64,000 nucleotides of DNA, from the NCBI GenBank assembly GCA_963817895.1, contig CAWFQB010000014.1, positions 544,001 through 608,000 of the forward strand, in the 5' to 3' direction. This DNA comes from an uncultured Chthonomonadaceae bacterium. GTDB taxonomy: Bacteria; Armatimonadota; Chthonomonadetes; Chthonomonadales; Chthonomonadaceae. Made by a program: the position numbers and the translations under genes. The notes beneath the pieces are model-generated. The model was not told the origin of the DNA and made no database searches. It saw nothing but the letters and a program-made list of their open reading frames with translations. Of this stretch, positions 42,973 to 54,532 are shown in pieces (within the stretch, counting starts at the first letter, position 1; each line of letters begins with the position of its first letter).

Positions 42973-44798
42973 TTTCCACTCTCCTCGTTGTGTGAAACGC
43001 GAGGGTCTTCGCGAATGTCGCGCCCCTCTGTGATGAGATACTGCCGATCCGCTTTCAGCCCCTGCGCCCGATCTACCGCGCCGCTCGGCCAGCGAATCTC
43101 TACCGTGTCTGCCCGCTCCTGTAAGCCAAGCCCGAACGTCAATTGCCGCTGCGACTCGGACAGGAAGCTGCCGCCGCTGTGAACCATTTGTGTTTGCGTC
43201 ACGCCCCCGGCGGTTACGCGCGCCAATGCGCCGATGCCGTCCCGGTTGGAACGAACGCCCTCCATGCGCAGGCGAATCCAGTGGTTGTGGTTGCTCCTGT
43301 CGTTTCGGTACAGGCGAAATTTCCCGCCGTTGTCCACCAGCGCCACATCCAGATCGCCGTCGTTGTCTATGTCGCCACACGCCGCGCCCCGTCCCACCAG
43401 TTTGTCGGTCAGCCCCGCGCTTGCCCCGACCTCCTTGAACTTGCCGTTGCGCTGATTGTGAAACAGCAACGGGCGCTCCCGAAACGTCAGCATGGATTCA
43501 TACGTGCTGATAATATCGTCCACATGCCCGTTTGCTGTCAGCGCGTCCTGCCAGCCGTCCAGATCGTAATCAAAGAAGAACAGGCCGAATGTGAGATACG
43601 ACAAACTCGGCGCGGCCACCCCCGCCGTATGCGCGTTATCGGTAAACAGGGGCGAGTCGCCCGACGCGGGATCGCTTTCCAGCAGGGACAGGCTTTCATT
43701 GGCGAAATTGCCGATGAGCAGGGCGAACCGGCCATCGTTGCGCCAGTCCGCCGTGTCAATGCCCATTCCCGCCTTCAAATGCCCGCTCTCGCCCGTCGCG
43801 ATTCCGCTCATCGCGCCCTGTTCCACAAACCGCTTGCCTTTGTCGTTGATAAACAGGTAATTGGCCCACGTATCGTTAGTGACAACCAAATCCGGCCAGC
43901 CGTCCCCGTTGAAATCGGCGACGACAACCCCGAATGCCTTGCCCAGCGCGCCGCTCCGCAGTCCCATTTCCCTGCTCACGTCCCGAAAATGCCCGTTCCC
44001 CTCGTTATGGTACAGCGTACAGTAACTGCCCTCGAAAGTTCCGGGCGGGCAATATCCGCGCAGGCCGTTATGCCCGCACCAGGGATTGAGTTTGGGCGAC
44101 CATTTCACGTACTGCGTGACAAACAGATCGAGTTTGCCGTCCCTGTCGTAGTCCAGCCACGCCGCGCTCGCGCTCCACTTCCATTTCAGTTCCATATCCG
44201 GCATGGGAACGCCCTGTACGCCCGCTTTTGCCGTCACATCCTGAAAGATCGGCCCCTTGCGGTTCGGATCGCCTAATGTGTTGCGCAGCAGGTGGTTCGG
44301 GCCAATGGCGGTGAGATAAATATCCTCGTAGCCGTCGTTGTCGAAATCGCCGACCGCCACGCCCATGCCATAAATTTCAATGTCAAGCCCCGCTTCTTTC
44401 GTTACATCCGTAAAGGTTCCGTTGCGGTTGTTGTGGTACAGATGTGGCGTACTGCGCGGCCCTTTATCTCCCGGCCAGTTGCAGCTGTTGACGATGAGAA
44501 TATCCTGCCAGCCGTCGTTATCATAATCCAGAAACGCCACGCCCGCCCCAACGGTTTCCGGCATGTTCTTGCGGCCTTTCGCGCCGTTGTTGTGCGTGAA
44601 ATTAATGCCCGCCTGCCGGGAAATCTCGACAAAGGACACGCCCGCGTCCTGCTCCGCTGCAATCGGCGCGGTCTGCTTTTGGATCGCGTTTCGCGGATGC
44701 CCGCACCCGCACAAACTCAAGAGCAGCGCAATTGCCGGCCACAGGGCGTATCCAGCCCCGGCTTGAAAATGCCTCACTCCGGTTCCTCTCATTGCCAT
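42969..44798 (-). CDS. CRTAC1-family (FG-GAP + ASPIC/UnbV) protein
   Basis: Repeated D-x-DNDG-x-x-D; NRDGIGA, GGSFLS, FGLG, IRWPSG; lipobox-like LCGC. Confidence 0.92.
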   Translation of the reverse strand: MAMRGTGVRHFQAGAGYALWPAIALLLSLCGCGHPRNAIQKQTAPIAAEQDAGVSFVEISRQAGINFTHNNGAKGRKNMPETVGAGVAFLDYDNDGWQDILIVNSCNWPGDKGPRSTPHLYHNNRNGTFTDVTKEAGLDIEIYGMGVAVGDFDNDGYEDIYLTAIGPNHLLRNTLGDPNRKGPIFQDVTAKAGVQGVPMPDMELKWKWSASAAWLDYDRDGKLDLFVTQYVKWSPKLNPWCGHNGLRGYCPPGTFEGSYCTLYHNEGNGHFRDVSREMGLRSGALGKAFGVVVADFNGDGWPDLVVTNDTWANYLFINDKGKRFVEQGAMSGIATGESGHLKAGMGIDTADWRNDGRFALLIGNFANESLSLLESDPASGDSPLFTDNAHTAGVAAPSLSYLTFGLFFFDYDLDGWQDALTANGHVDDIISTYESMLTFRERPLLFHNQRNGKFKEVGASAGLTDKLVGRGAACGDIDNDGDLDVALVDNGGKFRLYRNDRSNHNHWIRLRMEGVRSNRDGIGALARVTAGGVTQTQMVHSGGSFLSESQRQLTFGLGLQERADTVEIRWPSGAVDRAQGLKADRQYLITEGRDIREDPRVSHNEESGK

Positions 44799-44802
44799 GC
44801 CG

Positions 44803-46773
44803 CTACTGATTTCCGGCAGCCTGTAGCGCGGTTTCCAGATGCCGCATTTTAGCCTGAAGCGCGCCATCGCCGGGGCGTAGCGTTTGCGCAAGGCGATAGT
44901 AGGTTATCGCGCCCGAATAGTCGCCCGCCTGCTCCATAAATTGCCCTACAGCGATCTGCGCTGCCGGGTCTTTGCGGGCGGCGCGTGAGCGCGTGAGCAG
45001 CGTCTGCCGTTTCAAATCGTAATCCACATACTTGCGATACAGGGCGAACATCTGCTCGCTCCCCGCCTTATCTCCCAGATGCGCGTACACCCGTCCTAAT
45101 TCCTGATAAGTCGCGCCGTCACCCGGCAACAGGTCGAGCGCGTGTTCCAGATTACGAGCCGCCCGCGTCCAATCCTCTTTCGCGCGCATACGCCACGCCA
45201 AGCTGCTGATATGCGACAACCTCTTTGGGGCTGAGACGACTGAGTTGCGTATACTCCGCAATCGCCCGCTGAATGCGGTCGCCCTCGCCCCGCCGCTGCA
45301 TATACAGATTGCCTATTTCTAGATGATATAGGGGGTTTTTGGGGTCAAGGCGCGCGCACTGCTGCAATTGCGTTTCGGCTAAATCGCGCTGTCCGTTTTG
45401 CCGCGCCAGTTGCGCCAGTTGAAAAATGATATGCGCGGGATCGGCGGGATGTTTGTTTAACGCGCTCTGTAACATGCGCTTCTGATCGTCCTGTCGCTCC
45501 GCATAGCCATACGCCGCAGCCATCGTGAGGTCGGCATCGGCGGTATTCATGGCTGTCAACTGCCGCATCACGGCCAGATAGTCGTTCATCCGGTTCATGT
45601 CCCGGTATATGGAGGCTTGCAGCGTCAGTCCGCGATTGCGCCAGCCGGGTTTCACGCTCACCAAACGCGCCGCAATGAGCGCCGCGTCGTATTTTTTGTT
45701 CAGGTGGGCTCAATATGCCGCGCCAGTAGGCTGCTTCGGTTTTCATGCCTGCCTGTTCGCATACCTGCGCTGTCAGGCTAATCACGCCGGAATTTGTGCT
45801 TTGCAGCAGAGCGAGTTTTTGCAGCGCGATGGCCTCGTTCGCGTAGTCTTTCCGGTCTGCATAAACCTTGACCAACTGCTCGTAGGCGTCTATGGCTTTG
45901 GGGTCGCGTCTGGCCGTTTCGCGCCACTGTTTTTCCGCTTCCCCCTCCTGTTGATTCTGAGCCAGCGCGACACCGTATTGATACCGCAGAGCCGCCACTT
46001 CAGGCGCGAGTTGTACGGCTTTTGCCAGATATTGCAGCGCCTGCCGCCCATTATGCCGCGCCAGCAGCAGCTTGCCCACAATGGAGTAGCCATCCGGTTT
46101 TTCAGGGGCCAGTTTGAATTAAATGTTTCGCCAGTTGCAGCGCGGTGTTTTCGTCGCCCGCTTGCAGGCAGTTGAACATCAGCGATTCTACCGCATCCCT
46201 GTTTTGGGGCAAAGCGTCCGTCAGCAGGGCGGGATGCCGGTTGACAAACGCGCGCAGGACGTCCTGAGCCGCTGCCGGATTGCCGTCCGCCTGCTCCAGT
46301 TGCGCCAGCGTCGCCGCCGCTTCCAGACTGTCGGGCAGCAGGCGAACCGCGCTTTGCAGCTCCTTACGCGCCTCGCTGTAGTGGGCGAGATAGGTCAGGG
46401 AACGCCCCATCACAAGCGCGATGTCCCGTTCCCCGGCTCCCAGCGCGCGGGCAATGGTCAATTGGCGGATAGCGTCCGTGTAGTAGCCCGCTTCCGCATC
46501 CAGTTTGCCCAATGCCACATAAGCCGCGACATCGGCAGGGTCGGATTGAATACGCTCCGCATAGTAGCGCATGGTGGCGCGCGCGTCCTGTGAGGCTGGA
46601 GGAGGCGGTTTGCTTGCAAGATAGCGCCAACTCAGAGGGAAGCAGCAGAAGCAGGGACAGCAGCAGGCCGAACAGGGCGAAAAAACGCGCCCAACTCGCC
46701 TGCGCTTACGCGGCTGCCTGTCCCTGTCCTGCACAATTGGAGGTGGCATCTTGGGGGTATGAGAGTGACTCAT
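44803..46773 (-). CDS. Membrane-anchored TPR protein (several frameshifts)
   Basis: TPR-like helical repeats across four consecutive ORFs. Confidence 0.75.
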
Positions 46774-46804
46774 TTCGGTTAAAACGGCCTATGGCCCGAA
46801 CAGC

Positions 46805-47650
46805 CTAATTCCAGCCGCCCGCGTAAGCGCCACGGACGCCAATTTCGCCGAAAATGTCCTTCGGGCCATTCCAGTCGGCCTTACGGTCATGACTGAGCCA
46901 GTACTGGCTTAACTTAATGGCTTTGGCGTGTCCATCGTGGAAGACTACATTACACAGTCCCTGATGCCGCGCGACCGCCATGCGGTAGGCGTCATGGTTC
47001 TGGCTCTCCTGCCAGTTGGCGCGGTCTTCATTGAAGAAGTACGCGCCTACCGCAACGGAATTATAAGCGGTTTTGTAGCCGTCGGGGTTTTTATCATAAA
47101 TGGCGTAGCCGTTGCTGCGCCCGCCCCAACTGTCGCCCTGTTTGGTATCATAAATCGTGCCGGCGTCTGCGAACTGCACATGGTTGGCCGGTTCCGCGAC
47201 TGACGCCAACTTGACCGTATCCGCATCCCAGCTCGACATCATATCATTCGTGGCGATGGAACCCAGGTCGCGCAGGTTTTCCTGGTCGTTGGTCCAGTCC
47301 GGGCCATTGTCCAGCGCGTCCGGGCAGACCGTGATCTGGCGATTCTTCAAATACGGCTGAATGAAGTACGGCCAGAAGCGTCGCCAGTCGCGATGATTTG
47401 TGCCATCGGCGGCGAGTCCCACTTCCTCATCGGTAAGACTGACATGCTCGTTCATTACGCGCTCATCGTAATCCTGGCTGTACATTTGCGAACCCGTGCC
47501 GACCTGTTTCAGGTTGGAGATGCAGGAGATGGCGCGGGCGCGGGCGCGGGCCTGCGCGAAAACGGGGAAGAGGATCGCGGCTAAAATGGCGATAATAGCG
47601 ATAACCACAAGCAGTTCGATCAGCGTAAACGCTCTTCTGGAATTCATCAT
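46805..47650 (-). CDS. Prepilin-type DUF1559/H-X9-DG protein
   Basis: [45 protein letters not shown]. Confidence 0.9.
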   Translation of the reverse strand: MMNSRRAFTLIELLVVIAIIAILAAILFPVFAQARARARAISCISNLKQVGTGSQMYSQDYDERVMNEHVSLTDEEVGLAADGTNHRDWRRFWPYFIQPYLKNRQITVCPDALDNGPDWTNDQENLRDLGSIATNDMMSSWDADTVKLASVAEPANHVQFADAGTIYDTKQGDSWGGRSNGYAIYDKNPDGYKTAYNSVAVGAYFFNEDRANWQESQNHDAYRMAVARHQGLCNVVFHDGHAKAIKLSQYWLSHDRKADWNGPKDIFGEIGVRGAYAGGWN

Positions 47651-47994
47651 AGCTCCTTTTGTTCCTCGCGACATTGGGGAACACGTTTTGTCAAACGACG
47701 CTTTGTATAAGCATCTGCTTGCAAAACGATTGCTGATGCAATCACAACAGCATTCATTTCTGGAAGGACAGTATGATTATAGGTTCTGAAGTAAATTTTG
47801 TCAATAGGCGAATGGACGCAAAGGCTATCTTTCACATTTATATTTTACGTCTGCCGCGTTATAGTTTTAAAATTATGGATAATCGCTTTAATATGTATAA
47901 CTTTCTGCTTACGGGGAAGCGCCGACTATCAGTACAGCCGGTTCATGTGGCCTTTAATCTCGAACAGGCAACATGATTGAGGTACACTCTGGAT

Positions 47995-49004
47995 ATGCTT
48001 AAACATAGTCCTGCCAACCTGTTTTCTCGCCGCGCCCTTCTGCTGTTTCGTGGCGCACGCGCCGTTCCGCCTTTATATTCACATTAGCCGGATTGCTCTG
48101 GAACGGGTACGCGCAGCCTGTTTATGCGCAGTCAGTACGGTTACGGGCAGTGGGCGACATCATGCTGGCGCGGGACGTGGAAAACTGTATGGCGCGAAAG
48201 GGACGCGGTTATCCCTTTGCCGCGATGCGTCCTTTGCTGCGCAACGCGGACATTTCTTTCGGCAATCTGGAGTGCTGCGCGTCCACGCGGGGCGCGCCTA
48301 TTCCCAAACAGTTTAATTTCCGCGCCCGCCCCGCCGATGTCCGGGTACTGGCGGAAAACGGCTTCACCATCGTATCGCTTGCCAACAACCATGCGTGGGA
48401 TTATGGCCGTGACGCGCTTTGGGATACGGTTGCCTGCGTTCGCAAAACGGGTGTCAAGACCGTTGGCGCGGGCGCGAACCGGATGGAAGCGCATCAGTTG
48501 GTTGTCGTCCAGAAAAAAGGATTGCGCATCGGGTTTCTGGCCTATCTCGGCCTGATACCCGCCCTTGTCCCCGAGTCGGACACGCAGCCGACCCTGAGCA
48601 TGGCAAGCGCGGAGGCGATTACGCGGGAAGTGCAAGCGGCGCGGAGTCAGGTGGATGTGCTGCTCGTTTCGCTGCACGCGGGGCAGGAGGGCGCAGTCGG
48701 CCCAACGCCACGCCAGCAGAGTTTTGCGCAGGCGGCTATTGACGCGGGCGCGGACATGGTTATCGGGCATCATCCGCACGTTCGTCAGCCGCTCGTGATG
48801 TACAAAGGCAAGCCAATCTGTTACAGCCTGGGCAACTTCGTTTTTTCTACAGCCGGACGGGGCAGCGGCGCGATGGTGGAAGCGACGTTGGGGCGCGGGC
48901 ATAAGGTGCAGGCGCGTCTGCTTCCGCTCATTTTGAACGGCGCGCAACCCTGTCTTCCTCATTCCCTTCCTCCCGACAAACGCCGCGCCCGAACCCATAA
49001 ATAA
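47995..49004 (+). CDS. CapA family (PGA_cap) metallophosphoesterase (5' frameshift likely)
   Basis: VGDIML, GNLE, LANNH-x-x-DYG, GHHPH, YSLGNFVF. Confidence 0.88.
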
Positions 49005-49103
49005 GCCTTTCCCAATAGGCCGGGTACAGAGAACGTACCCGTCTGAGTGGCCTACGGCCAGGCGTCCTTCGGACGCAAATGCAATCGCCTGTTGGGATAG
49101 GCT
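49004..49103. ncRNA. Candidate structured RNA/repeat forming a four-way junction
   Basis: Closing stem 49004-49020/49087-49103 encloses three hairpins: CGGGTAC/GTACCCG, TGGCC/GGCCA, GCGTCC/GGACGC. Confidence 0.4.
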
Positions 49104-49169
49104 CTAAGCCTGTTTCTGTCTTCTTCCCTAACGCCTTCGGGTGTTCTCGACAGGTTTTTCAAAAGAACC

Positions 49170-49198
49170 TTGACAATTCGGCAGCGGTATGGCATACT
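49170..49198 (+). promoter_or_regulatory. Sigma70-type promoter of tRNA-Met
   Basis: TTGACA, 17-bp spacer, CATACT with TGn extension. Confidence 0.75.
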
Positions 49199-49209
49199 AA
49201 TCCTGTTGA

Positions 49210-49283
<74 letters not shown>

Positions 49284-49314
49284 TCTTGTTTCCGGTAGGT
49301 TACACATTCGAGAT

Positions 49315-49360
49315 AGGGATTTGTCGAATATTCGTATTTGACAAATCCCTTTTTCTTTTT
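49315..49360 (+). terminator. Intrinsic terminator after tRNA
   Basis: AGGGATTTGTCGAATA-TTCG-TATTTGACAAATCCCT followed by T-run. Confidence 0.8.
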
Positions 49361-49424
49361 CAATGATATTCTATGGTCCCGCTCATTTCGAACCTACCGC
49401 TGCAAGGCTAACTTTTCCAGCGGC

Positions 49425-52325
49425 CTAAAAAACATGTGTCAAGGCATAGGAGATAGCTTTTTCTAAAGATAGCGCCTGCCCTTCTGTCCACATGGCGTTC
49501 AAAGCCTGTTCATCGAAAATGGAATGTAAGTGTTCGACACGTTGTTCATAATCTTTCCTCTCAAGCGCGGGCAAAGGAATGTTTAGTACAATGCGTTGCG
49601 CTTCAACTGAACCAAGCAGAATGGCCGCATACCGAGCAATCTCCACAACTGGTTCAGATTGCTGTAATAATTGTGTTTTGTCCAGAGCGAGATATGCCAA
49701 CACTTCCAGGAGGCCGACACAATCGGGCTTCCACTCCAACTCTTGCGAAAGAAGCAAGTTTTCGTGGTAGAAGGTTTGCGCTTGAGAAAAGTCTCTCTCC
49801 AAACAGGCGACATCTCCCAGGATACGCAGGCAGGTTGCGACTACATGCTGATCCCCAATGCGCTTCACAATCGCTAAACTTTCCTCTGCCAGGAAGCGCG
49901 CCTCCTCGTACTCTCTTTCTGCTTTCGCAATAATCGCCAGCCCGCACAAAGGATATGACCGATACCAGTCGTCGTGTAATTCCTGGGCAATCTTCAGACT
50001 CTGCTGCAACATTTGACGCGCGCGGGCAAGCTCACCCAGATGGTAGAGAGTATTACCCAGATTTGTATAGGCTGTCGCTATTCCTCGCTGATTTCCCAAT
50101 GTTTTTTGAAGAGCCAGGCTTTCTTCAGTCAAGGACTGAGCCGCGGCATAATCGCCCTGATTTTGCATCAGGATGCCCAGATTGCCCAAAATCGCGGCGA
50201 TGCCACTCTGATCGCCTACCTCTCGCCTTAACGCCAGGCTCTCTTCCAGCAGCTCTCGAGCAGTTATCGTGTCGTCCTGTCGCAGGGCAATGATGCCTAA
50301 CTTATCCAGCGCCGCTGCTATATTGCGCTTATCATCTAGCTGCCGAAATATTCGCAGAGACTTCTCCAGGAATGTACGGGCGTCAGGTATGTCACCTTGA
50401 TCAACCGCCAGTCGCCCGATATGAAAGCAAACGGTAGCCTGAACTTTGCTCTCGCCCCCGGTTGGACTGCCAGCGAGCGAGCGTTCCAAGAACTCTCGTC
50501 CTTCTCGAAGATAGCCTCCGAGATACCAGAATTTCCCCAATGCAGACGCCATTGACAACGCATCAGGCATTTGCTTTGCAAGAGCGTATACAAGACCCGC
50601 GCGCAGGTTTTCGTGTTCGGTTTCCAGCCTCTCAAAAGAGGACTGTTCCGCGCTGCCAGAGAGATGTTGAGAAATTTCTTCCACCAGACGCAGATAATAG
50701 ATATGGTGTCGTTGCCCCACTACATCCGCTTCACCTCGCTCCTCTAGACGATCATGGGCATACTGGCGAATGGTTTCCAGCAGTCTGTAGCGTGTCTCGC
50801 CCTCCTTTTGACTGGTTCCAAGCAGGCTTTTGTCGTGAAGGTTGGTAAGCAGATCAAGCATTTCCCATGCTTCCACATCTTCTCCCACGCATATCTCTTC
50901 CGCCGCTTCCAAAATCCAACCGCCGGCAAACACGGATAAGCGACTGAGGAGTTGTTTCTCCGCTTCAGACAGCAGATCATACGACCAGTCAATCAGGGCG
51001 CGGAGGGTCTGTTGTCGGGGCAGCGCCGTTCTGCTGCCTCCGGTGAGCAAGCGGAAGCAGTTGTCCAGCTTGTTGTTGATCTCTTGTACGCTGAGAGAAC
51101 GCGCCCGCGCCGCCGCCAATTCAATCGCCAGGGGGATACCATCCAGGCGCTGGCACAGTTGCGCAAGCGCGGGAGCATTCTGATTTGTCACGGAGAAACT
51201 CGGCTGTATACTGATGGCCCGCTCGATAAACAGACGGACGGCCTCGAATTGGGTAAGGTCTTCCAGAGTGGGAAAGGACTTAGGATCGGGCAATTTAAGC
51301 GAGGGAACGTGATAGACAGTCTCACCGGAAATATTCAAACGCTCCCGGCTACTTGCTAAAATATGTACATGAGGACATAAACGCAGCAAGCTGTCCACAA
51401 TCCGCGCGCAGGCATCTATCAGATGTTCGCAGTTGTCTAAAATCAACAGGAGAGAACGCGCTTTCAAGTACTCACTCAAGGTTTGGGTTAAGGAGCGTCC
51501 GACTTCTTCCTTAACACCGAACAGCACAGCGATCTGTTGCGCGACAAGAGAAGGGTCGGCCAGGGAAGCCAACTCCACAAACCAGACGCCATCTGGATAC
51601 TGATCCAACAAATCGGCTCCCACCTGTAAGGAAAGACGTGTCTTGCCGGTACCTCCTGGGCCGAGAAGAGTAACGAACGAATGGGAAGTGGTGAGGCGCT
51701 TGACCTCCTCCATATCTGGTTCGCGTCCGATGAAACTGGTGAGTTGCAGGGGGAGATTGTTGGGCAGATTATTCAGGGATCGTAGAAGCGGGAACTCGGA
51801 AGGCAGGTTCGGGTGACAGACCTGGTGAACCTGTTCGGCACGGTTGAGGTCTTTAAGGCGGTGTAAGCCGAGCGGGCGGGTTTCTACGCGATCTGGCAGG
51901 TGATCCCGCACCAACTCATATGTTGCTTGAGAAAGCAATGTCTGCCCACCATACGCCAGGGCTTGTAGACGGGCGACGCGATTGAGAGTCGGTCCGAAGT
52001 AGTCCCCATCGCGTTCCTCGGCCTCTCCAGTATGTAAGCCCATGCGAACGCGCAAACCACCGATCCCGTCCCATTCCTCGTTACCCAGCAACAGATGGGA
52101 GGCAAGAGCGGCATTCAGAGCGTCAGGAGCCGTTGGAAACGCCGCACAGAAGGCATCGCCAACCGTCTTGAACACATAGCCGTTATTGTCCTCAATAGCT
52201 TTTTGCAGCAGAGCATCATGGCGGGCGAGCGCAACCCGCATGACTTCCGGGTACTGCTCCCAAAGTTTCGTACTGCCTTCAATATCCGTAAACAAGAACG
52301 TTACAGTTCCGCCCGGGTGCGGCAT
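49425..52325 (-). CDS. Adenylate/guanylate cyclase + STAND/NB-ARC ATPase + TPR protein
   Basis: FTDIEGST, GDAF, RMGLHTG, GPGGTGKT, LDNCEH, LDGIPLAIELAAAR, C-terminal TPRs. Confidence 0.92.
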   Translation of the reverse strand: MPHPGGTVTFLFTDIEGSTKLWEQYPEVMRVALARHDALLQKAIEDNNGYVFKTVGDAFCAAFPTAPDALNAALASHLLLGNEEWDGIGGLRVRMGLHTGEAEERDGDYFGPTLNRVARLQALAYGGQTLLSQATYELVRDHLPDRVETRPLGLHRLKDLNRAEQVHQVCHPNLPSEFPLLRSLNNLPNNLPLQLTSFIGREPDMEEVKRLTTSHSFVTLLGPGGTGKTRLSLQVGADLLDQYPDGVWFVELASLADPSLVAQQIAVLFGVKEEVGRSLTQTLSEYLKARSLLLILDNCEHLIDACARIVDSLLRLCPHVHILASSRERLNISGETVYHVPSLKLPDPKSFPTLEDLTQFEAVRLFIERAISIQPSFSVTNQNAPALAQLCQRLDGIPLAIELAAARARSLSVQEINNKLDNCFRLLTGGSRTALPRQQTLRALIDWSYDLLSEAEKQLLSRLSVFAGGWILEAAEEICVGEDVEAWEMLDLLTNLHDKSLLGTSQKEGETRYRLLETIRQYAHDRLEERGEADVVGQRHHIYYLRLVEEISQHLSGSAEQSSFERLETEHENLRAGLVYALAKQMPDALSMASALGKFWYLGGYLREGREFLERSLAGSPTGGESKVQATVCFHIGRLAVDQGDIPDARTFLEKSLRIFRQLDDKRNIAAALDKLGIIALRQDDTITARELLEESLALRREVGDQSGIAAILGNLGILMQNQGDYAAAQSLTEESLALQKTLGNQRGIATAYTNLGNTLYHLGELARARQMLQQSLKIAQELHDDWYRSYPLCGLAIIAKAEREYEEARFLAEESLAIVKRIGDQHVVATCLRILGDVACLERDFSQAQTFYHENLLLSQELEWKPDCVGLLEVLAYLALDKTQLLQQSEPVVEIARYAAILLGSVEAQRIVLNIPLPALERKDYEQRVEHLHSIFDEQALNAMWTEGQALSLEKAISYALTHVF

Positions 52326-53057
52326 GACGCGCCTCCATGTTGTCTCGTGTAGCTTCTGCTGAAGTCGTAACGTGAAAGACTGCTCTAGCCAAAACAATCG
52401 AATTTCACTTTATCTTTTAACATGAATTGCCGCATTCTGTCAAACTCAAGCTGATATGCCCCCGAAAATTCTGGCTCCTCGGAGTGTTAGTCTCCAGCGC
52501 GGAAACGACAAAGGCACTTCAAGAACCCTCATTTGTGTAACTTGTGGAGAGAACCGCTCCCACGTAAAAGCCGTTCGGTCACTATGACCGAACGGCTTTA
52601 ATATGTCAACCGCTAATTTTCTCGATGGACTCACGCGGATTGCGTCACTGGCCGGCCGGTGGTTCCCATAGTTCTACCTTGTTTCCATCCGGGTCTATCA
52701 CCCAGGCGAACTTCCCGTACTCTGACTCATCAATCTTATCAAGCACAGCGCAGCCTTCAGACTTCAGCGCTATGACCAGCGCGTGAAGATCGTCAACGCG
52801 ATAGTTGATCATAAACGTCGCGGCGCTCGGCGCAAAGTGGTTGCCGGTGGCGTCATTGACACTCCAAATGGTACTGCCGACTGTGGGCTTGCCTTCAGAG
52901 TCCGCCCATTCAAATGCGGTTCCGCCCCATTCCTGCGCGTCGATTCCCAGATGATCTCTGTACCAGGCTCTCAGCGAAACGGGATCACGGAATGTGTCAA
53001 GGATTTTGAGACAAAAAGCGAAAGTATTTTATGTAGCGAGCAGTCATTCCTCGCCAC

Positions 53058-54141
53058 TCAACCGGCAACCGGTGCTGTGCCTTCGCCAACGGGCAACGCA
53101 GGCGCATTGATCCAGACGACGTCGGGTAACTGCCCCGCCTGCGGACGCTCTCGAAAGCGTTGCGGATGCGCGGCATAGGCGTTATCTAACGTGACTTGCC
53201 GCTGCGCCAATACCTGCGTTGCTTCGCCGAAATGCACCTGTTCGGGCGTAAGCAACACCAAGCCGGTATGGTGGTGGCACGTATTGTACCCGACAAAGTA
53301 GTCCTGGCAGAACGTCTGCGCGTCTTCCTGGCTGCTAAAGCGCTCCGGGAAGTAGGCGCTGTACTTCATCGTTTTGAACCCGGCTTCCGAGTACGGGTTG
53401 TCGTTGCTGACACGCGGGCGGCTGTGCGAACGGGTCACCTGCAACGAAAGTAAGAGCTGCGCTACCGACTGGCTTTTCATCGGCCCGCCGCGATCCGCAT
53501 GGAGGGTGAGTTGGTTAGGCGCGATGTTGTATTTACGACAGGTTTCTTGCAGCAGCTTGTGCGCCAGGTATTGACACTCCCGGTCTGCGAGCATCCAGCC
53601 GACCACATAACGACTGTAGATGTCCATAACCACATATAAGTAATAGAAGCGACCCCGAATGGGCGTCTTCAAGTAGGTGATGTCCCATGTCCACACCTGA
53701 TTAGGGCCGGTTGCCTTAAGTTCAGGTTTGCTATACGCCGGATGCCTGCGAACCCGCCGACGCTCACAGATGGCTTGGTGTTCGTGCAGCAGGCGATACA
53801 TCGTGCGATAGGAAGCGTGATACACGCCTTCTTGCAGCAATTGCGCATACACCTGCCGGGGCGAAGCGTCTACAAAGCGTTCCGACAAGAGTAGATTGAG
53901 CAACAGGGCGCGTTCCTCTTCCGACAAGCGGCGAGGAGAACCCCGTTGTGCTTTGGGAACAAGGACGCCTTCTTGGATTGTGCCCGTACCAGCGTGTTGC
54001 TCCCGGTAGAAGCGGGCGCGGCTCAGTTGCACCGCATCACAGGCGCGGCCAATCCCGGTCGTTGCGCCCGCTTCGGCAACCAGGCTTATTCGGGCGGCGT
54101 TTCTTCCAGTGTCAGGTCGAGCAAGGCCGCTACTTTTTTTT
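53058..54141 (-). CDS. IS3-family OrfB DDE transposase (reached by -1 frameshift)
   Basis: W-x-WDITY, HADRG, SNDNPYSE; frame is open back to the A8G run at 54141-54133. Confidence 0.9.
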
Positions 54142-54532
54142 GGAGTTCCAGCAGAACGCGCAGTTTCTGGTTCTCGGTTTCCAGAGCGGCCATCCTGCGG
54201 GCATCGCGTTGGCGGGCGGCTTCTTTGTCTTTGCGCTGCTTCTGCGCCTGGGCAGAGTTCTTCTCGCCCAACTGACCCGCCTCGCGCAGTTTGCGGAAGT
54301 TGGCAAGCGTGGAGGAGTACAGCCCTTCGCGGCGAAGCAGCGCCCCCAACTCTCCCGGCTTGACGCAGGCGTCGGCTTCTTTAAGGATGCGCAGCTTGTA
54401 CGCAGCGGTAAAGCGGCGGCGCGTGGGGCGCGTTTGCACCTGCGCCTCCGGGCGCAGCGCGGGGGAGGGCGCGCTGTGGTGTCCATTGTTGGTGAGGCGA
54501 GTGGTTGGGCTGTCTGTCAACGGCGTATTCAT
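54086..54532 (-). CDS. IS3-family OrfA (HTH)
   Basis: RRRFTAAYKLRIL, GALLRREGLYSS, ELQKK. Confidence 0.9.
   Translation of the reverse strand: MNTPLTDSPTTRLTNNGHHSAPSPALRPEAQVQTRPTRRRFTAAYKLRILKEADACVKPGELGALLRREGLYSSTLANFRKLREAGQLGEKNSAQAQKQRKDKEAARQRDARRMAALETENQKLRVLLELQKKVAALLDLTLEETPPE

Noticed and set aside
49040..49085. Hammerhead ribozyme
   Set aside because: Has CTGAG but not CTGANGA plus GAAA; kept only as an unassigned structure.
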